A DNA stretch of 64,000 nt from Minisyncoccota bacterium (GCA_041675045.1 JBAYUP010000001.1:24094-88093), one strand, 5' to 3'. Counted from the stretch's first letter, positions 36,502 through 47,316 are shown. Numbers and translations: made by a program. The notes: generated by a model from the letters alone, not told the origin.

Positions 36502-38001
36502 ATGGAAACAAATTCACACAAAAGAAGTAGGGCATTTATTATAACGTTCATCGCGGTTATTATTCTTTTAATTGTTGGGTACTTCCTTCTCTTCAAAGAT
36601 GGTGGTGTGTTTAGCACAAAGGGAACTTCAAGTGAACAAAAGAGCTTCTTTCCCCTCCTTGGTTCATCAAAGAAAAAAGCAGAGAAAGTTGAAACTCCAA
36701 CTGCACCAGATGGAACACCAATCAACACAGAGACAACAGTCGACGGCGCAGTGCCACTTTTTAATCCAGTCCCTGGCCCAAACGGAAAAGAACCACGTGT
36801 AACTCTCTCTGCAACACCAAAAATCCTTGATGCAAAAGGCGGAAATGTAAAACTAACATGGAAAGGAGAGAATGTGTCCTCATGTATCCCGAGTTGGACA
36901 GGTAAGCGAATTGCTCAAACAAGCGGAACATCAAACGAACTCACTGTTAAGAAAACGAGACTATTTTCAATTGCATGTACAAACGGAATCACAACAACAG
37001 GAGCCACTGTTCAGGTATCTGTAGTGGGATCTTCAACGCTTGGTATCGCACTTTTTGCGAATCCAGATGTTCTCGATAGCGCCGGAAAAGTAAAACTCTC
37101 ATGGACAAGTAATAATTCAGTCAAAGCATGTACTCCGAGTTGGACTAATCGAAAAAATGACTCTGAGGGAGATGCGACAGTCACGGTGAATGAATCAAAA
37201 ACATTTTCAATCAACTGTACTGACGGCACAACATTTGAAATTGCCGAAGTTGATGTCATTGTCACAGAATTTTACTCAAACATTAGAGAATGTAATGACG
37301 GACTTGATAACGATGGAGACAAAACAACAGATATGGCCGACTCAAGCTGTCATACTGATTTTGATGCTACAAACGAGGCAACGTACAACCCTCGAATTAG
37401 TCCTGAATCAAGATCTCCAGTATCTCAAGCAGACGACCATTGTAAAGCACTCGATGAAAACCCTCTGAAGTTTACTGACGCAGAAAAAAGAGAGCTCGAC
37501 AAACTCCTCCGTCAATTCTACAGAGTGGCACCTAAACTCAAGACACAAGATGATGTCCTTGCTGAATATGGGGCTCGGGAAGGATATATTGATTTATACA
37601 AAGAAGCGCGAGACCTCACTCAGCAATGTTTTGGACAACGTTATCCTGTAGAGAATAATGTAAACAGGGTTGCTGTTGGTGCGACACCAAACTACACTGG
37701 CCCACAAGAAACAAAAACAAATCCATACTACCAGCCAGCAGGAATCATAAATTCACCAACATATATTACTGAGGCCTACCAAGATTCCAAGTTTAAAAAA
37801 TGGGAAAACAAGGTTATCCAACTTCACTTAGATGCTATTGCAAAACTAGATGTGAAAATCATAAATGCGACGACAAATTCCAAAAAGGCACTCTTTACTG
37901 CACTTCGTAATTATGAACAAAACAAACTTAATAACTTCACAGACCTTGCACGACGAAGAAATGAGTTCATCCGCATTCAAGAAATTCTCCAAATTTGGTA
38001 G
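36502..38001 (+). CDS. TM-anchored protein with two Ig-like repeats and a CxDGxDND metal-binding motif
   Basis: Repeats V.LTW...NV.SC.PSWT; ECNDGLDNDGDKTTDMADSSC. Confidence 0.8.
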   Translation: METNSHKRSRAFIITFIAVIILLIVGYFLLFKDGGVFSTKGTSSEQKSFFPLLGSSKKKAEKVETPTAPDGTPINTETTVDGAVPLFNPVPGPNGKEPRVTLSATPKILDAKGGNVKLTWKGENVSSCIPSWTGKRIAQTSGTSNELTVKKTRLFSIACTNGITTTGATVQVSVVGSSTLGIALFANPDVLDSAGKVKLSWTSNNSVKACTPSWTNRKNDSEGDATVTVNESKTFSINCTDGTTFEIAEVDVIVTEFYSNIRECNDGLDNDGDKTTDMADSSCHTDFDATNEATYNPRISPESRSPVSQADDHCKALDENPLKFTDAEKRELDKLLRQFYRVAPKLKTQDDVLAEYGAREGYIDLYKEARDLTQQCFGQRYPVENNVNRVAVGATPNYTGPQETKTNPYYQPAGIINSPTYITEAYQDSKFKKWENKVIQLHLDAIAKLDVKIINATTNSKKALFTALRNYEQNKLNNFTDLARRRNEFIRIQEILQIW

Positions 38002-38067
38002 TTTTCCTCTGCAAGAAGGATGAAAAGGGGATTTCTTATTTAAAAATTGGTATAATAATCGAGTGAA

Positions 38068-38215
38068 TCCCGTTAGAGATTTTTTATGTCATATATGTAA
38101 CGGGAGGTGCATTAGCATACTTATTAAAATTATTGTATTTATTTAAAATGTATACGCCCCATGCAAAAATTGGATAATTTTAGAAAAAAAAACGATGGGG
38201 CTATCTCTAACGGGA
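38068..38215 (+). mobile_element. start-codon hairpin element, copy 2
   Basis: gTGAA-TCCCGTTAGA...TCTAACGGGA-TGAA; original GTG at 38063 is 6 nt after TATAAT. Confidence 0.8.
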
Positions 38216-41142
38216 TGAAGAAAATTCTACCGTATATATTTTTTATTGCGATATGTGTGAACATATTCACGCCTTTTTCTGCCATCCAATCAACTCCTCT
38301 CGTTGCTGAGGCAGCTCTTGATACAACCCTTGCTGGATATCAAAATGCATTCAACAAAATTAAAAGTGGTGTCACCCTAAATCAATCAGCAGTAACGTCA
38401 GCTGGTGGGATTATTGCTGATTTTCATATTGTTCTTGATACAGGATTAGCGTTGGGGGCAAACACAGAAGATATATATAATCACGTAGAAGCTCAAGGTA
38501 GAAATTTTGGAATCGGAGACACCGGCACTAATTTATACAGCACAAATGCTTTTGTTCTTGTTGTGAAAGACGCACTAACTGGACAAGTGGGTTTTGTGGA
38601 CGTCACACCTCGACTAATGATTGATGGTTCAAATAAAAGCTTGGCGGACAAAAGACCAAATGGGCCAGTCCGAAGCGAAACGGATGTAAGTATCAGCACA
38701 AGTCAATTCCCCCAGCTTACTCCTGGTAAAGACTACACCGCGACACTTTACTACCAAGCAGCTGGTGGAATAGGAAGTGGAGAGGGTAAAGGATATGGTG
38801 AATCAATACCAGGGTTATCTTCAAACAAAGACTACTTTGCAATTACCAGCCCGACCCCCTTCAAGACAGCAACCCCAACAAGTGGTGGCGGGACAGGAGT
38901 TGAAGGAACGCTCGGTACTGGTAAATCGACAGTAGTTGATTCCCAGGCTTCTCTTGATCCAATGCCAGGGTGTTCGATACTCGGAATGGGAGACGAGAAT
39001 GGATCAATTGTTGGATGCGCAGCTCAAATAATATATTACGTTATCTTTGTTCCAACATCATATCTCTTTGCGCTTGCCGGTCAATTTTTCGACTGGACAT
39101 TTGCATACTCTATTAGCGATGAATCATATCGAATTCCTTTTGTTGTTCAGGGGTGGGGAATCCTCCGTGATTTCGTTAACATGTTCTTTATCTTTGTTTT
39201 GCTCTATATTGCATTTCGTACAATACTCGGTGTTCATGGTGCAAAAACAAAAGACTTAATTATAAATGTCATCATTATTGGTCTTTTAATAAACTTTAGT
39301 TTATTTACAACACAAGTTATTGTTGATGCTTCAAATATTTTAGCGAGAGTATTCTATAGCGATGATGCCATTAGACTTACAGAGGGTCAGAATCGTGGAG
39401 CACTTGATGCAGCAGGAACAACAGCGGGTCCAAATGGGGAAATCCAATTATCTGCTGCCCTCATAGATAAGGTCAACCCCCAAAATCTTATCTTAAATTC
39501 AAAAAAGGTTAATGACTTCGGAACAACAGGAAATGATGTCGCCCAAAATAATAACGAAGATAGCGCAAACAGCATTGGAGCTGGGTCATTTATCTTAATC
39601 ACTATCCTTGCTATCGCTATTAATATCGTTGGCCTAATAACATTCCTCTCTGTTGGACTTATTTTCGTTGCTCGCGTAATCGGACTTTGGTTTGCGATGA
39701 TTTTTGCACCTATTGCATTCTTTAGTTATACCGTGCCGAGTCTAGCGAATAACAAAATATTTGGCATCCATCACTGGATTGAAGAGCTTTTAAAAATGGC
39801 ATTCTTGGCACCAATATTTATATTCTTCTTGTATCTTATCTTGCAATTCCTTGAGGGTCTTAATTTTATAAACCAAGGAGACCAAACAGGGGTGAAGTGG
39901 GTTATCGCTATCGTTGTACCGTTTATTTTCATAATGGTTCTTTTGCAACAAGCAAAAAGTATCGCACAAAAACTCTCAGGGGAACTCGGACAAAGAATTA
40001 CAGGGGCGCTCTCCACTGTTGGTGGTGTTGGACTTGGACTTGCAACAGGTGGCGCTGCCCTTGCAATGAGAGGGTCAGTTGGTAGAATCATGAATAAGCT
40101 AAACACAAATGACACACTAAATAATTGGGCCTCTGGAAAAACAGCGAGTGGTAAGGCAATGAGCGGAGGGCTAGGCTCATGGGCACTTCAAAGAGCGGCT
40201 ATTCTAGGAAAGAAAACTACTACTGCGGGAGCTAAGGGAAGTTTTGATTTCCGACAAACAGGATTAGCTGGTGGTATGTCTGGTGCACTTGGTGTCGATA
40301 TGGGCAAATACACAAACTATGTCGGACTTGGGACAAAAAGTGGGCTTGGCGGATATGCAAATGCACAGGCAAAAAAGATTGAGAAAGAAGAAACATTTGC
40401 AAAAAGTCTGGGATACGACCACGCAAAAGATCATGCCTTACAAGAAAAAATTGATGCTCGTAAAAAAGCAATTACTGATGCTGAAAAAATTCGTGATATG
40501 GCAAAAGCAACACTTACTGCAGATCCAAATAATGCTGAATCCAAAAAATCTTACGCGACAGCTTTGGCAAATGTTACCGCACTTAAATCTGGAGGCATGT
40601 ATGTAAATGATGCTGGAATTAAGCTAAACATAAAAGAAAGTCTCGCTGATTTTGAAAAAGCACAGGCAACTAACAAAACTGGTCGTGAACGAGAATTTTA
40701 TCTCTATAAACGACGACAATCTGGAAAAATCTACAACGAGAGTCATGGATTAAAACGTGACAGTGAAGATAACATAACTTCATTTGGCCACCCAGTATCA
40801 AGTGGAGCACAAGCAGGTAAACAATTTGCCAAGGAATTTGTTGAAGGATTTGGAAAAGGAGCAGTTGCAGGTGGTGCTGTGGGTATGTGGGCTGGACCCG
40901 CAGGTGCAGTAGCAGGTGCTGGTGCTGGTGGATTATTTATGGCAGTTCGAAATGTAGTTAATTACAGTGGAACAACCAATAGAAAGATTGGAGAAGCCCA
41001 CAATCCAAAACCAGGAAAATTTGAAGATTCTTATAAGCCAGGTTCAGCGCCGGCTCCGTCTGGGGGACACGACGATCACGGAGCTGGGCATGACGATCAT
41101 GGGGGAGGACACGACGATCACGGAGGTGGAGGGCATCACTAA
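38215..41142 (+). CDS. VirB6/TrbL-like polytopic membrane protein with His-rich tail
   Basis: Signal peptide from MKKILPY; GW.ILRDFVNMFFIFVLLYIAF, LLINFSLF..QVIVDASN, multiple TMs; next to PrgI/VirB4. Confidence 0.75.
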   Translation: MKKILPYIFFIAICVNIFTPFSAIQSTPLVAEAALDTTLAGYQNAFNKIKSGVTLNQSAVTSAGGIIADFHIVLDTGLALGANTEDIYNHVEAQGRNFGIGDTGTNLYSTNAFVLVVKDALTGQVGFVDVTPRLMIDGSNKSLADKRPNGPVRSETDVSISTSQFPQLTPGKDYTATLYYQAAGGIGSGEGKGYGESIPGLSSNKDYFAITSPTPFKTATPTSGGGTGVEGTLGTGKSTVVDSQASLDPMPGCSILGMGDENGSIVGCAAQIIYYVIFVPTSYLFALAGQFFDWTFAYSISDESYRIPFVVQGWGILRDFVNMFFIFVLLYIAFRTILGVHGAKTKDLIINVIIIGLLINFSLFTTQVIVDASNILARVFYSDDAIRLTEGQNRGALDAAGTTAGPNGEIQLSAALIDKVNPQNLILNSKKVNDFGTTGNDVAQNNNEDSANSIGAGSFILITILAIAINIVGLITFLSVGLIFVARVIGLWFAMIFAPIAFFSYTVPSLANNKIFGIHHWIEELLKMAFLAPIFIFFLYLILQFLEGLNFINQGDQTGVKWVIAIVVPFIFIMVLLQQAKSIAQKLSGELGQRITGALSTVGGVGLGLATGGAALAMRGSVGRIMNKLNTNDTLNNWASGKTASGKAMSGGLGSWALQRAAILGKKTTTAGAKGSFDFRQTGLAGGMSGALGVDMGKYTNYVGLGTKSGLGGYANAQAKKIEKEETFAKSLGYDHAKDHALQEKIDARKKAITDAEKIRDMAKATLTADPNNAESKKSYATALANVTALKSGGMYVNDAGIKLNIKESLADFEKAQATNKTGREREFYLYKRRQSGKIYNESHGLKRDSEDNITSFGHPVSSGAQAGKQFAKEFVEGFGKGAVAGGAVGMWAGPAGAVAGAGAGGLFMAVRNVVNYSGTTNRKIGEAHNPKPGKFEDSYKPGSAPAPSGGHDDHGAGHDDHGGGHDDHGGGGHH
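41062..41139 (+). repeat. 21-bp coding tandem repeat (GHDDHGx) x3
   Basis: GGACACGACGATCACGGA units at 41065, 41086 (variant) and 41107. Confidence 0.85.
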
Positions 41143-41153
41143 AAAAATAAATT

Positions 41154-41939
41154 ATGGAACAACAAGAAGAAATAAAAAAAGCAATACAAGAAAGATTTGA
41201 AAACCTGCAACCAGAAATACAGGATGCAATTATGTCATCAAATTACGAAAAAGAACTTTATGACATAAGTCAAAAATATAAACTCAACATTGAACAAATG
41301 GGTCAACTTGAGCTAAATACAACTCTCGTTATGCTTGGGAACACTCATCCAGATGAATATGTAGATGAACTTGTTACTGATTTAAAAATAAAAAAAGAAG
41401 ATGCTCTAGCTATTTCAAATGACGTAAATGAACGCATTATGAAAAATATTCGTGAAATTTTAAAAAAAAACTTTGAAAAAGAAGATGAGGAGGAGAGTGC
41501 TTCTAAGGAAGTACCCGTACCACCTCAAAACCCCATTCTTCCGACAGAAGCAACCGTAAAAACGGAAACTGCATTAAAAACAAACCTCACCACCCCACTC
41601 CCAAAAACCCAATCAGGGATTCTTGCCAATGCTGGTATTGAAATGATGGAAGATATGAAAACAAATACAAAAGATGGCGAAGACATTTCAAAAAAAGAGG
41701 GTGGGGTTCTCTCAGAATCAGGAATTAATGTAATTGATGATGCTCCTCGTCCTTCATCACATGTATTCGCAAGTAATATGACCCGCAAAAATACCCTTGA
41801 TGGTATAGAAAACCCAACAAGAACAAACCCAAATATTGCGATGGAAAAACTTCAAAATCCAACAACAAGTACCCAATCGACAACAAACTACTCAATCCCT
41901 AGAATGAGTGGTGACCAGTATCGCGAGCCAATTGAATAA
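41154..41939 (+). CDS. hypothetical protein
   Basis: 261 aa; helical N-domain, disordered C-half, DQYREPIE terminus. Confidence 0.75.
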   Translation: MEQQEEIKKAIQERFENLQPEIQDAIMSSNYEKELYDISQKYKLNIEQMGQLELNTTLVMLGNTHPDEYVDELVTDLKIKKEDALAISNDVNERIMKNIREILKKNFEKEDEEESASKEVPVPPQNPILPTEATVKTETALKTNLTTPLPKTQSGILANAGIEMMEDMKTNTKDGEDISKKEGGVLSESGINVIDDAPRPSSHVFASNMTRKNTLDGIENPTRTNPNIAMEKLQNPTTSTQSTTNYSIPRMSGDQYREPIE

Positions 41940-41959
41940 ACGCGTGATACAATAGATAC

Positions 41960-42370
41960 ATGCAATTCAAAGTTCCACAATTCATAGATATTGAGGACAA
42001 ACTCTTTGGACCATTTACCTTCCGTCAGTTTGCCTATCTGGCAGGTGGCGCTGGGATGATATTTGTTCTCTATAAAGTCCTTCCATTTTGGATTGCTGTT
42101 ATTTTGATAATTCCCGTTGCTGGACTTGCACTTGCACTTACATTTTATAGAATCAACAACAAGCCTTTTATTTATTACTTACAAGCAGGTATTTCCTACG
42201 CTATCGGAGATAAATTATATGTATGGAAACAACGACTTGTAAAACCAACACTCAAAAAAGAAGAGCCCACTCCGACACCAAAAACAAATACCGTACCGAT
42301 GATGTCTGGAAGTAAACTTTCCGACCTTGCATGGAGTTTAGATGTAGAAACGAAAGAAAATAAAGAATAA
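41960..42370 (+). CDS. PrgI family (VirB3-like) protein
   Basis: QFKVPQFIDIEDKLFGPFTFRQF plus two TMs. Confidence 0.88.
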   Translation: MQFKVPQFIDIEDKLFGPFTFRQFAYLAGGAGMIFVLYKVLPFWIAVILIIPVAGLALALTFYRINNKPFIYYLQAGISYAIGDKLYVWKQRLVKPTLKKEEPTPTPKTNTVPMMSGSKLSDLAWSLDVETKENKE

Positions 42371-42413
42371 AAATGTTATACTTTATACTGTATCATTCAT
42401 CCATAATTAGTAA

Positions 42414-42433
42414 CCTGCCTACCGGCAGGTAGG
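42414..42433. repeat. CCTGCC-family 20-bp palindrome
   Basis: CCTGCCTACCGGCAGGTAGG; relatives at 366, 5014 and 62073. Confidence 0.75.
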
Positions 42434-42451
42434 TTCGTAATTATTTTTCCT

Positions 42452-43090
42452 ATGGCACTAGACGCTCGAGCTACACAAGAATTTGTTCCAATCAAAGAAG
42501 TTCGCGATGGAATCATCGTCTTAAAAGACGGGGGACTGCGAGCTGTTTTGATTGCTTCTTCAATCAATCTATCTCTTAAATCATCAGACGAGCAAGTAGC
42601 GATCATTAATCAATTCCAGAATTTCTTAAACGGACTTGATTTCCCGACACAAATTGTTATTCAGTCACGACGTCTTGATATCCGACCATACCTATTGTTA
42701 CTTGAAAATCGCATCAAAGAACAGGTTGAGCCCCTTATAAAAATTCAAACTCGAGAATATATCAGTTTTATTCGTTCTTTTACAGACGAAGTAAACATCA
42801 TGACAAAAACATTCTTCGTTGTAGTGCCCTATACTCCAACAATCTTAAATACAGGGGGTGGGATAATCGACGGATTACTTGGTGGCAATAAACAGAAAAA
42901 TACTGGCAAACAAGGAGATGTCGCAGATTTTGAAGAAAAGAGATCTCAGCTTGATCAACGTGTTAACGTTATCACTGGTGGTCTTGGTGGTCTTGGTATT
43001 CGTAGTTCACAACTTAAAACAGAAGAGGTTGTTGAGTTATTCTACAAAACATTTAATCCTGGTGACATAAGTCAGGGTATTCAATTATAG
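42452..43090 (+). CDS. VirB4/TraC-associated protein (stand-alone N-terminal-like domain)
   Basis: TQEFVPIKEVRDGIIVLKDG, SSINLSLKS.DEQ; lies between PrgI and VirB4. Confidence 0.7.
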   Translation: MALDARATQEFVPIKEVRDGIIVLKDGGLRAVLIASSINLSLKSSDEQVAIINQFQNFLNGLDFPTQIVIQSRRLDIRPYLLLLENRIKEQVEPLIKIQTREYISFIRSFTDEVNIMTKTFFVVVPYTPTILNTGGGIIDGLLGGNKQKNTGKQGDVADFEEKRSQLDQRVNVITGGLGGLGIRSSQLKTEEVVELFYKTFNPGDISQGIQL

Positions 43091-43099
43091 GTATATGAA

Positions 43100-43221
43100 T
43101 CCCGTTAGAAGTCGCGAACGCGTTATAATATAATGGATAGAAGTAATATGAAAATAAACCCAACAATTAAAAAAATAATTTCAGTAAGCTGCGAAAAGAT
43201 CGCGCTCTACTTCTAACGGGA
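43100..43221 (+). mobile_element. start-codon hairpin element, copy 3
   Basis: aTGAA-TCCCGTTAGA...TCTAACGGGA-TGAA; ATGAAT on both sides. Confidence 0.85.
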
Positions 43222-45062
43222 TGAATATATTTTCATCATTTTTTGGCAAAAAAGAAACACAAACAACAGGACAATCTGGCCCGGCTGTTATGCCGGTACT
43301 TCCAACCGAAATCTACCGCGCAGCAACACTAGAACTGCAGGATATTATTGCACCTTCAGCTCTTCAAATTACGCCGAAGGCACTCAACCTGGGAGATAAA
43401 ATCACACGAACATTTTTCGTGATTTCCTATCCAAGATTTTTAACAGATAATTGGTTTTCACCAATTGTTAACCTTGATAAAGTTTTTGATGTATCAATTA
43501 ATATTCATCCTATTGAAACAGGGGATATTCTTCGCTCATTCCAGAAAAAGGTTGCTGAAGTACAAAGTCAAATTTCAATACGTGAATCAAAAGGTCTCGT
43601 TCGTGATCCAATGCTTGATACTGCATATCGCGATCTTGAAGCGCTTCGTGATAGCTTGATGCAAGCCCAAGAAAAAATGTTTGATGTTGGGTTATACATC
43701 ACCGTTTACGCCGACAATGATTCTGATTTATTTAAAATTGAAAGTGAAATCAAGTCATTACTCGAATCAAAGCTTGTTTATTTGAAACCAGCACTCTTCC
43801 AGCAAGGGGAGGCATTTAAAAGTGTTATTCCGCTCGGCATGGATATTCTTGGTATCCATCAAAAACTTAACACGGAGCCACTTTCAAGCTTGTTCCCATT
43901 TGTATCATTCGACCTTACTTCAGATAAAGGTATTTTGTATGGAGTAAATCGCCACAACTCAAGTTTGATTATTTTCGACCGCTTTTCACTTCCGAACTAT
44001 AATTCTATTACTTTTGCGACATCTGGTGCTGGTAAATCATATGCAACAAAACTTGAAGTTATCCGAACACTTATGTTTGATACTGAAGTAATTGTTATTG
44101 ACCCAGAACGCGAATATGAATATCTAGCTGAAGCAATGGGCGGAAGATATTTCAACATTGCTCTTTCTTCTGATCACCATATCAATCCATTTGATTTACC
44201 TATCCCAAGTCCTGATGAGACAGGAGCGGATGTGCTTCGCTCAAATACCATTAACCTTGTCGGACTATTCCGTATCATGCTTGGTGGGCTCACCCCAGAA
44301 GAAGATTCAATCATCGACCGTGCCATTACTGAAACATACGCGATGAAGGACATTACACCTAATTCCAACTTTGCAAACATTGAACCACCACTTCTTACTG
44401 ATTTTGAAATGGTTCTTGCTGGCATGGAGGGAAGTGAGTCAGTTATTCAACGTCTTGCGAAATACACTCGTGGGTCATGGTCATCATTCCTTAACCAGCC
44501 ATCAAACGTAGATATTAATAGAAAATTTGTTGTTTTCTCGGTACGCGATATGGAAGACGAACTGAAACCAGTGGCAATGTATATCGTAACTCACTATATC
44601 TGGAACGCTGTTCGCAAAAACATTAAAAAACGTCTCCTTGTGGTAGATGAGGCATGGTGGATGATGAAATCAGAAGACACTGCGTCGTTCCTTTATTCAA
44701 TCGCAAAACGAGGCCGAAAATATTACCTTGGACTTGCTACCATCACTCAAGACGTGGGTGACTTCATGAAAAGCCCGTATGGTATCCCGATTGTTACAAA
44801 CTCATCAATCCAGCTTCTACTAAAACAATCCCCATCAACAGTTGATACCCTCCAAAAAACCTTTAATTTAACAGACGAAGAGAAATACCTCCTCTTGGAA
44901 GCAAATGTAGGAGAGGGAATATTCTTTGCTGGTTTGAAACACGTAGCTGTTAAAACAGTTGCCTCATATACCGAAGATCAGATTATTACCTCTGACCCAT
45001 CTCAAATCCTAGCAATCAAAAAAGCTCGAGATGAACTCATTGCCTCTGGTGGTGTAAAATAG
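43221..45062 (+). CDS. virB4: VirB4-like type IV secretion ATPase
   Basis: Walker A ATSGAGKS, IDPEREY, INPFD, Walker B LVVDEAW, KRGRKY, ITQDVGD. Confidence 0.9.
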   Translation: MNIFSSFFGKKETQTTGQSGPAVMPVLPTEIYRAATLELQDIIAPSALQITPKALNLGDKITRTFFVISYPRFLTDNWFSPIVNLDKVFDVSINIHPIETGDILRSFQKKVAEVQSQISIRESKGLVRDPMLDTAYRDLEALRDSLMQAQEKMFDVGLYITVYADNDSDLFKIESEIKSLLESKLVYLKPALFQQGEAFKSVIPLGMDILGIHQKLNTEPLSSLFPFVSFDLTSDKGILYGVNRHNSSLIIFDRFSLPNYNSITFATSGAGKSYATKLEVIRTLMFDTEVIVIDPEREYEYLAEAMGGRYFNIALSSDHHINPFDLPIPSPDETGADVLRSNTINLVGLFRIMLGGLTPEEDSIIDRAITETYAMKDITPNSNFANIEPPLLTDFEMVLAGMEGSESVIQRLAKYTRGSWSSFLNQPSNVDINRKFVVFSVRDMEDELKPVAMYIVTHYIWNAVRKNIKKRLLVVDEAWWMMKSEDTASFLYSIAKRGRKYYLGLATITQDVGDFMKSPYGIPIVTNSSIQLLLKQSPSTVDTLQKTFNLTDEEKYLLLEANVGEGIFFAGLKHVAVKTVASYTEDQIITSDPSQILAIKKARDELIASGGVK

Positions 45063-45108
45063 TAATACGCTCATTGTTTCCACCTCGTAATTGTCATATA
45101 ATAAAAGG

Positions 45109-46101
45109 GTGAATACTCGCATTCTCGGAATACAGAATATCATCTTCGGACTTTTATTTGTCTGTGTGTTTTTTGGACTACAGGTACACGCTGAAGATAT
45201 CGCAAGTGCGGATATTGAGGTAAACGTAACGCCACAAAACCCTGAACCGTACCAAGACGTTACTGTTGATGTAGCAAGCTTTGCTACTGATATGAATACT
45301 GCATATATAGAATGGCTTGATGCGGGGAAAATTGTTCTCTCTGGAACAGGAAGGACAGCATACACAACAAAAACAGGTGGGCCAGATAGTCCTACAAACA
45401 TAACAGTCAGCGTAACTCCAGCAGGCGGGGGAGGAAAGGTTACAAAAAAGATTACTATTTACTCTTCGGATATTGAAGTATTCTGGGAAGCCATTGATGG
45501 ATATACTCCGCCATTTTACAGAGGAAAGTCTTTTTCTTCATCAGAAGGTAGAGTAAAAGTTGTTGCAATACCGAACACGACGACAGGAAAAGGAAAGACG
45601 GGAAACATTGCATACTCATGGAGAGAAAACGATACGGCCGTACCAAGTGCGGGTGGATACAAAAAAGATTCTTTTATATATCAAAACGATGTAATAAACT
45701 CAAGCGACTCAATCTCAGTAAGTGCATCATCGACTGACGGACTATACAACGCATCAAAAACTATTTCAATTCCCGTTGTAAAACCACAAATAATTTTCTA
45801 TAAAAAATCACCGAACACTGGGACAGAATATAGCCAAGCACTCTTTAATGAAAGTTCTCTTACTAATGAAGTAACGACCATCGTCGCAGAGCCTTACTTT
45901 TTGAACATACGAGGAGCAAGGTCTTCAGTGTACAACCATGACTGGGAAATAAACGGGGAAGCCGTTTCAACTCCATCACGATCACGCGAATTAACCATCA
46001 AAACAGAATCACAAGGTGGGTATGCAACAATTCGTCTCACCATAGAGGGGATTGATTCACTTTTCCAAAAAATAACTAATACTCTTAAAATAAATCTATG
46101 A
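45109..46101 (+). CDS. secreted Ig/PKD-like beta-rich protein
   Basis: GTG start 6 nt after TTGTTT-17-TATAAT; signal peptide VHA|ED; YTPPFYRGK. Confidence 0.75.
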   Translation: MNTRILGIQNIIFGLLFVCVFFGLQVHAEDIASADIEVNVTPQNPEPYQDVTVDVASFATDMNTAYIEWLDAGKIVLSGTGRTAYTTKTGGPDSPTNITVSVTPAGGGGKVTKKITIYSSDIEVFWEAIDGYTPPFYRGKSFSSSEGRVKVVAIPNTTTGKGKTGNIAYSWRENDTAVPSAGGYKKDSFIYQNDVINSSDSISVSASSTDGLYNASKTISIPVVKPQIIFYKKSPNTGTEYSQALFNESSLTNEVTTIVAEPYFLNIRGARSSVYNHDWEINGEAVSTPSRSRELTIKTESQGGYATIRLTIEGIDSLFQKITNTLKINL

Positions 46102-47315
46102 GAAAAAAATACGTTATAAAAGTTGCACAGGTGCTCGTTCTCTTCTTGTGTGTAATACAATTCACGGGAATCACCACAGAACACGCAGGTGCTGCGGGGA
46201 AGTGGTATTACCAAAACCCATTTGCAACTGATGGTAAAACGTACTTCGGTCCATACGATACAAAAGAAGCGTGTGTTAATGGAGCAAAAGGTACATCATT
46301 TGTAAATTCATGTGTAGAAGATACAGGGAATATTCCTGCATCAAAAATACATTTTGTAGGAGTTCCAAATGATGGAACAACAGGAACACGTACATACACT
46401 CCACCCTCTTCAGATACAGACTACAAGCTCATAAGCCCTCAAACAGAGACCCCTGTATATAAAAAAACGTATCGATTACTTGCTCCAATTGGAGACCTAA
46501 CATGTATTGAGAATGGGGAGGGTGAGTCAAATCCTGGGTGTGTTACTGGAAATGTAGGTACTTATCTAAATATTATTTTTAGAATCGCCATTGGACTCGC
46601 AGCTGCTCTCGCAGTAGTGATGATTGTTGTATATTCTATTGCTTATATGGGCAATGAATCAGTTTTTGGCAAGAACGAAGCCAAAAGCAATATCCTCTCA
46701 TCAATCGGTGGACTTCTCATCGCACTTGGTGCATACGCCCTTCTCGCAAGCATTAATCCGGATCTCGTGGGAACAAGTGGAGCAACAATAGATCAAGTAG
46801 AAGCACAAGTAAGCCCCGATCAACCTCAAGTAGTTGGAAGTGGCGGAAAATATGTTGGTACTAATTATGTAAAAGGCCAGAGTTGGCCATCAGACAGTGT
46901 TGACCGTTTAACACTTTCCTCACTTGGTATTAATGTTAGTACTCCACCATGTACAACCGTCGGGCAAACAGGGTGTACAACGGTATTTCAACTTAATACT
47001 GCATTTGTCTCAAAGTTAAAAAATAACTGTAAAAATTGTGATATTGTCATCACCGAGGGAACAGGATTCTGGAAACATGCCGCAAGTACCAAGAAAATAC
47101 ACTATCCCGGGGGATGGACTGTTGACCTAAGAAAAACAACAACCTTGACTAATTACATACACAGCTTGCCTAAAGTACATAAAGCAAAATGGTTCAAAGG
47201 GGCAGGAGCAAACTGTTACTCAACTAGAGATGGACTTGGTATTATTGAAGAAGAAGACCATTTCCACGCATTTAGTTTGACGGGTCAATGTAACGCAAAT
47301 AAACAAGGAATGTAA
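46098..47315 (+). CDS. VirB2/TrbC pilin-like domain fused to a possible M15/LAS-type peptidase
   Basis: Pilin-like YLNIIFRIAIG..AALAVVMIV...EAKSNI..SIGGLLIAL..Y.LL..INP; C-terminal H..G..VD and DHFH. Confidence 0.6.
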   Translation: MRKKYVIKVAQVLVLFLCVIQFTGITTEHAGAAGKWYYQNPFATDGKTYFGPYDTKEACVNGAKGTSFVNSCVEDTGNIPASKIHFVGVPNDGTTGTRTYTPPSSDTDYKLISPQTETPVYKKTYRLLAPIGDLTCIENGEGESNPGCVTGNVGTYLNIIFRIAIGLAAALAVVMIVVYSIAYMGNESVFGKNEAKSNILSSIGGLLIALGAYALLASINPDLVGTSGATIDQVEAQVSPDQPQVVGSGGKYVGTNYVKGQSWPSDSVDRLTLSSLGINVSTPPCTTVGQTGCTTVFQLNTAFVSKLKNNCKNCDIVITEGTGFWKHAASTKKIHYPGGWTVDLRKTTTLTNYIHSLPKVHKAKWFKGAGANCYSTRDGLGIIEEEDHFHAFSLTGQCNANKQGM

Positions 47316-47316
47316 T

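Noticed and set aside
38161-38214. ORF-track start MQKLDNF...ISNG for the VirB6-like gene
   Set aside because: It lies inside hairpin element 2 (SNG comes from TCTAACGGG); the signal peptide begins at 38215. Use of the upstream ATG cannot be fully excluded.
43095-43221. In-frame read-through from the upstream ATG across element 3 into virB4
   Set aside because: The spacing is a multiple of 3, but TAA follows after 12 codons, and the other three copies are out of frame.
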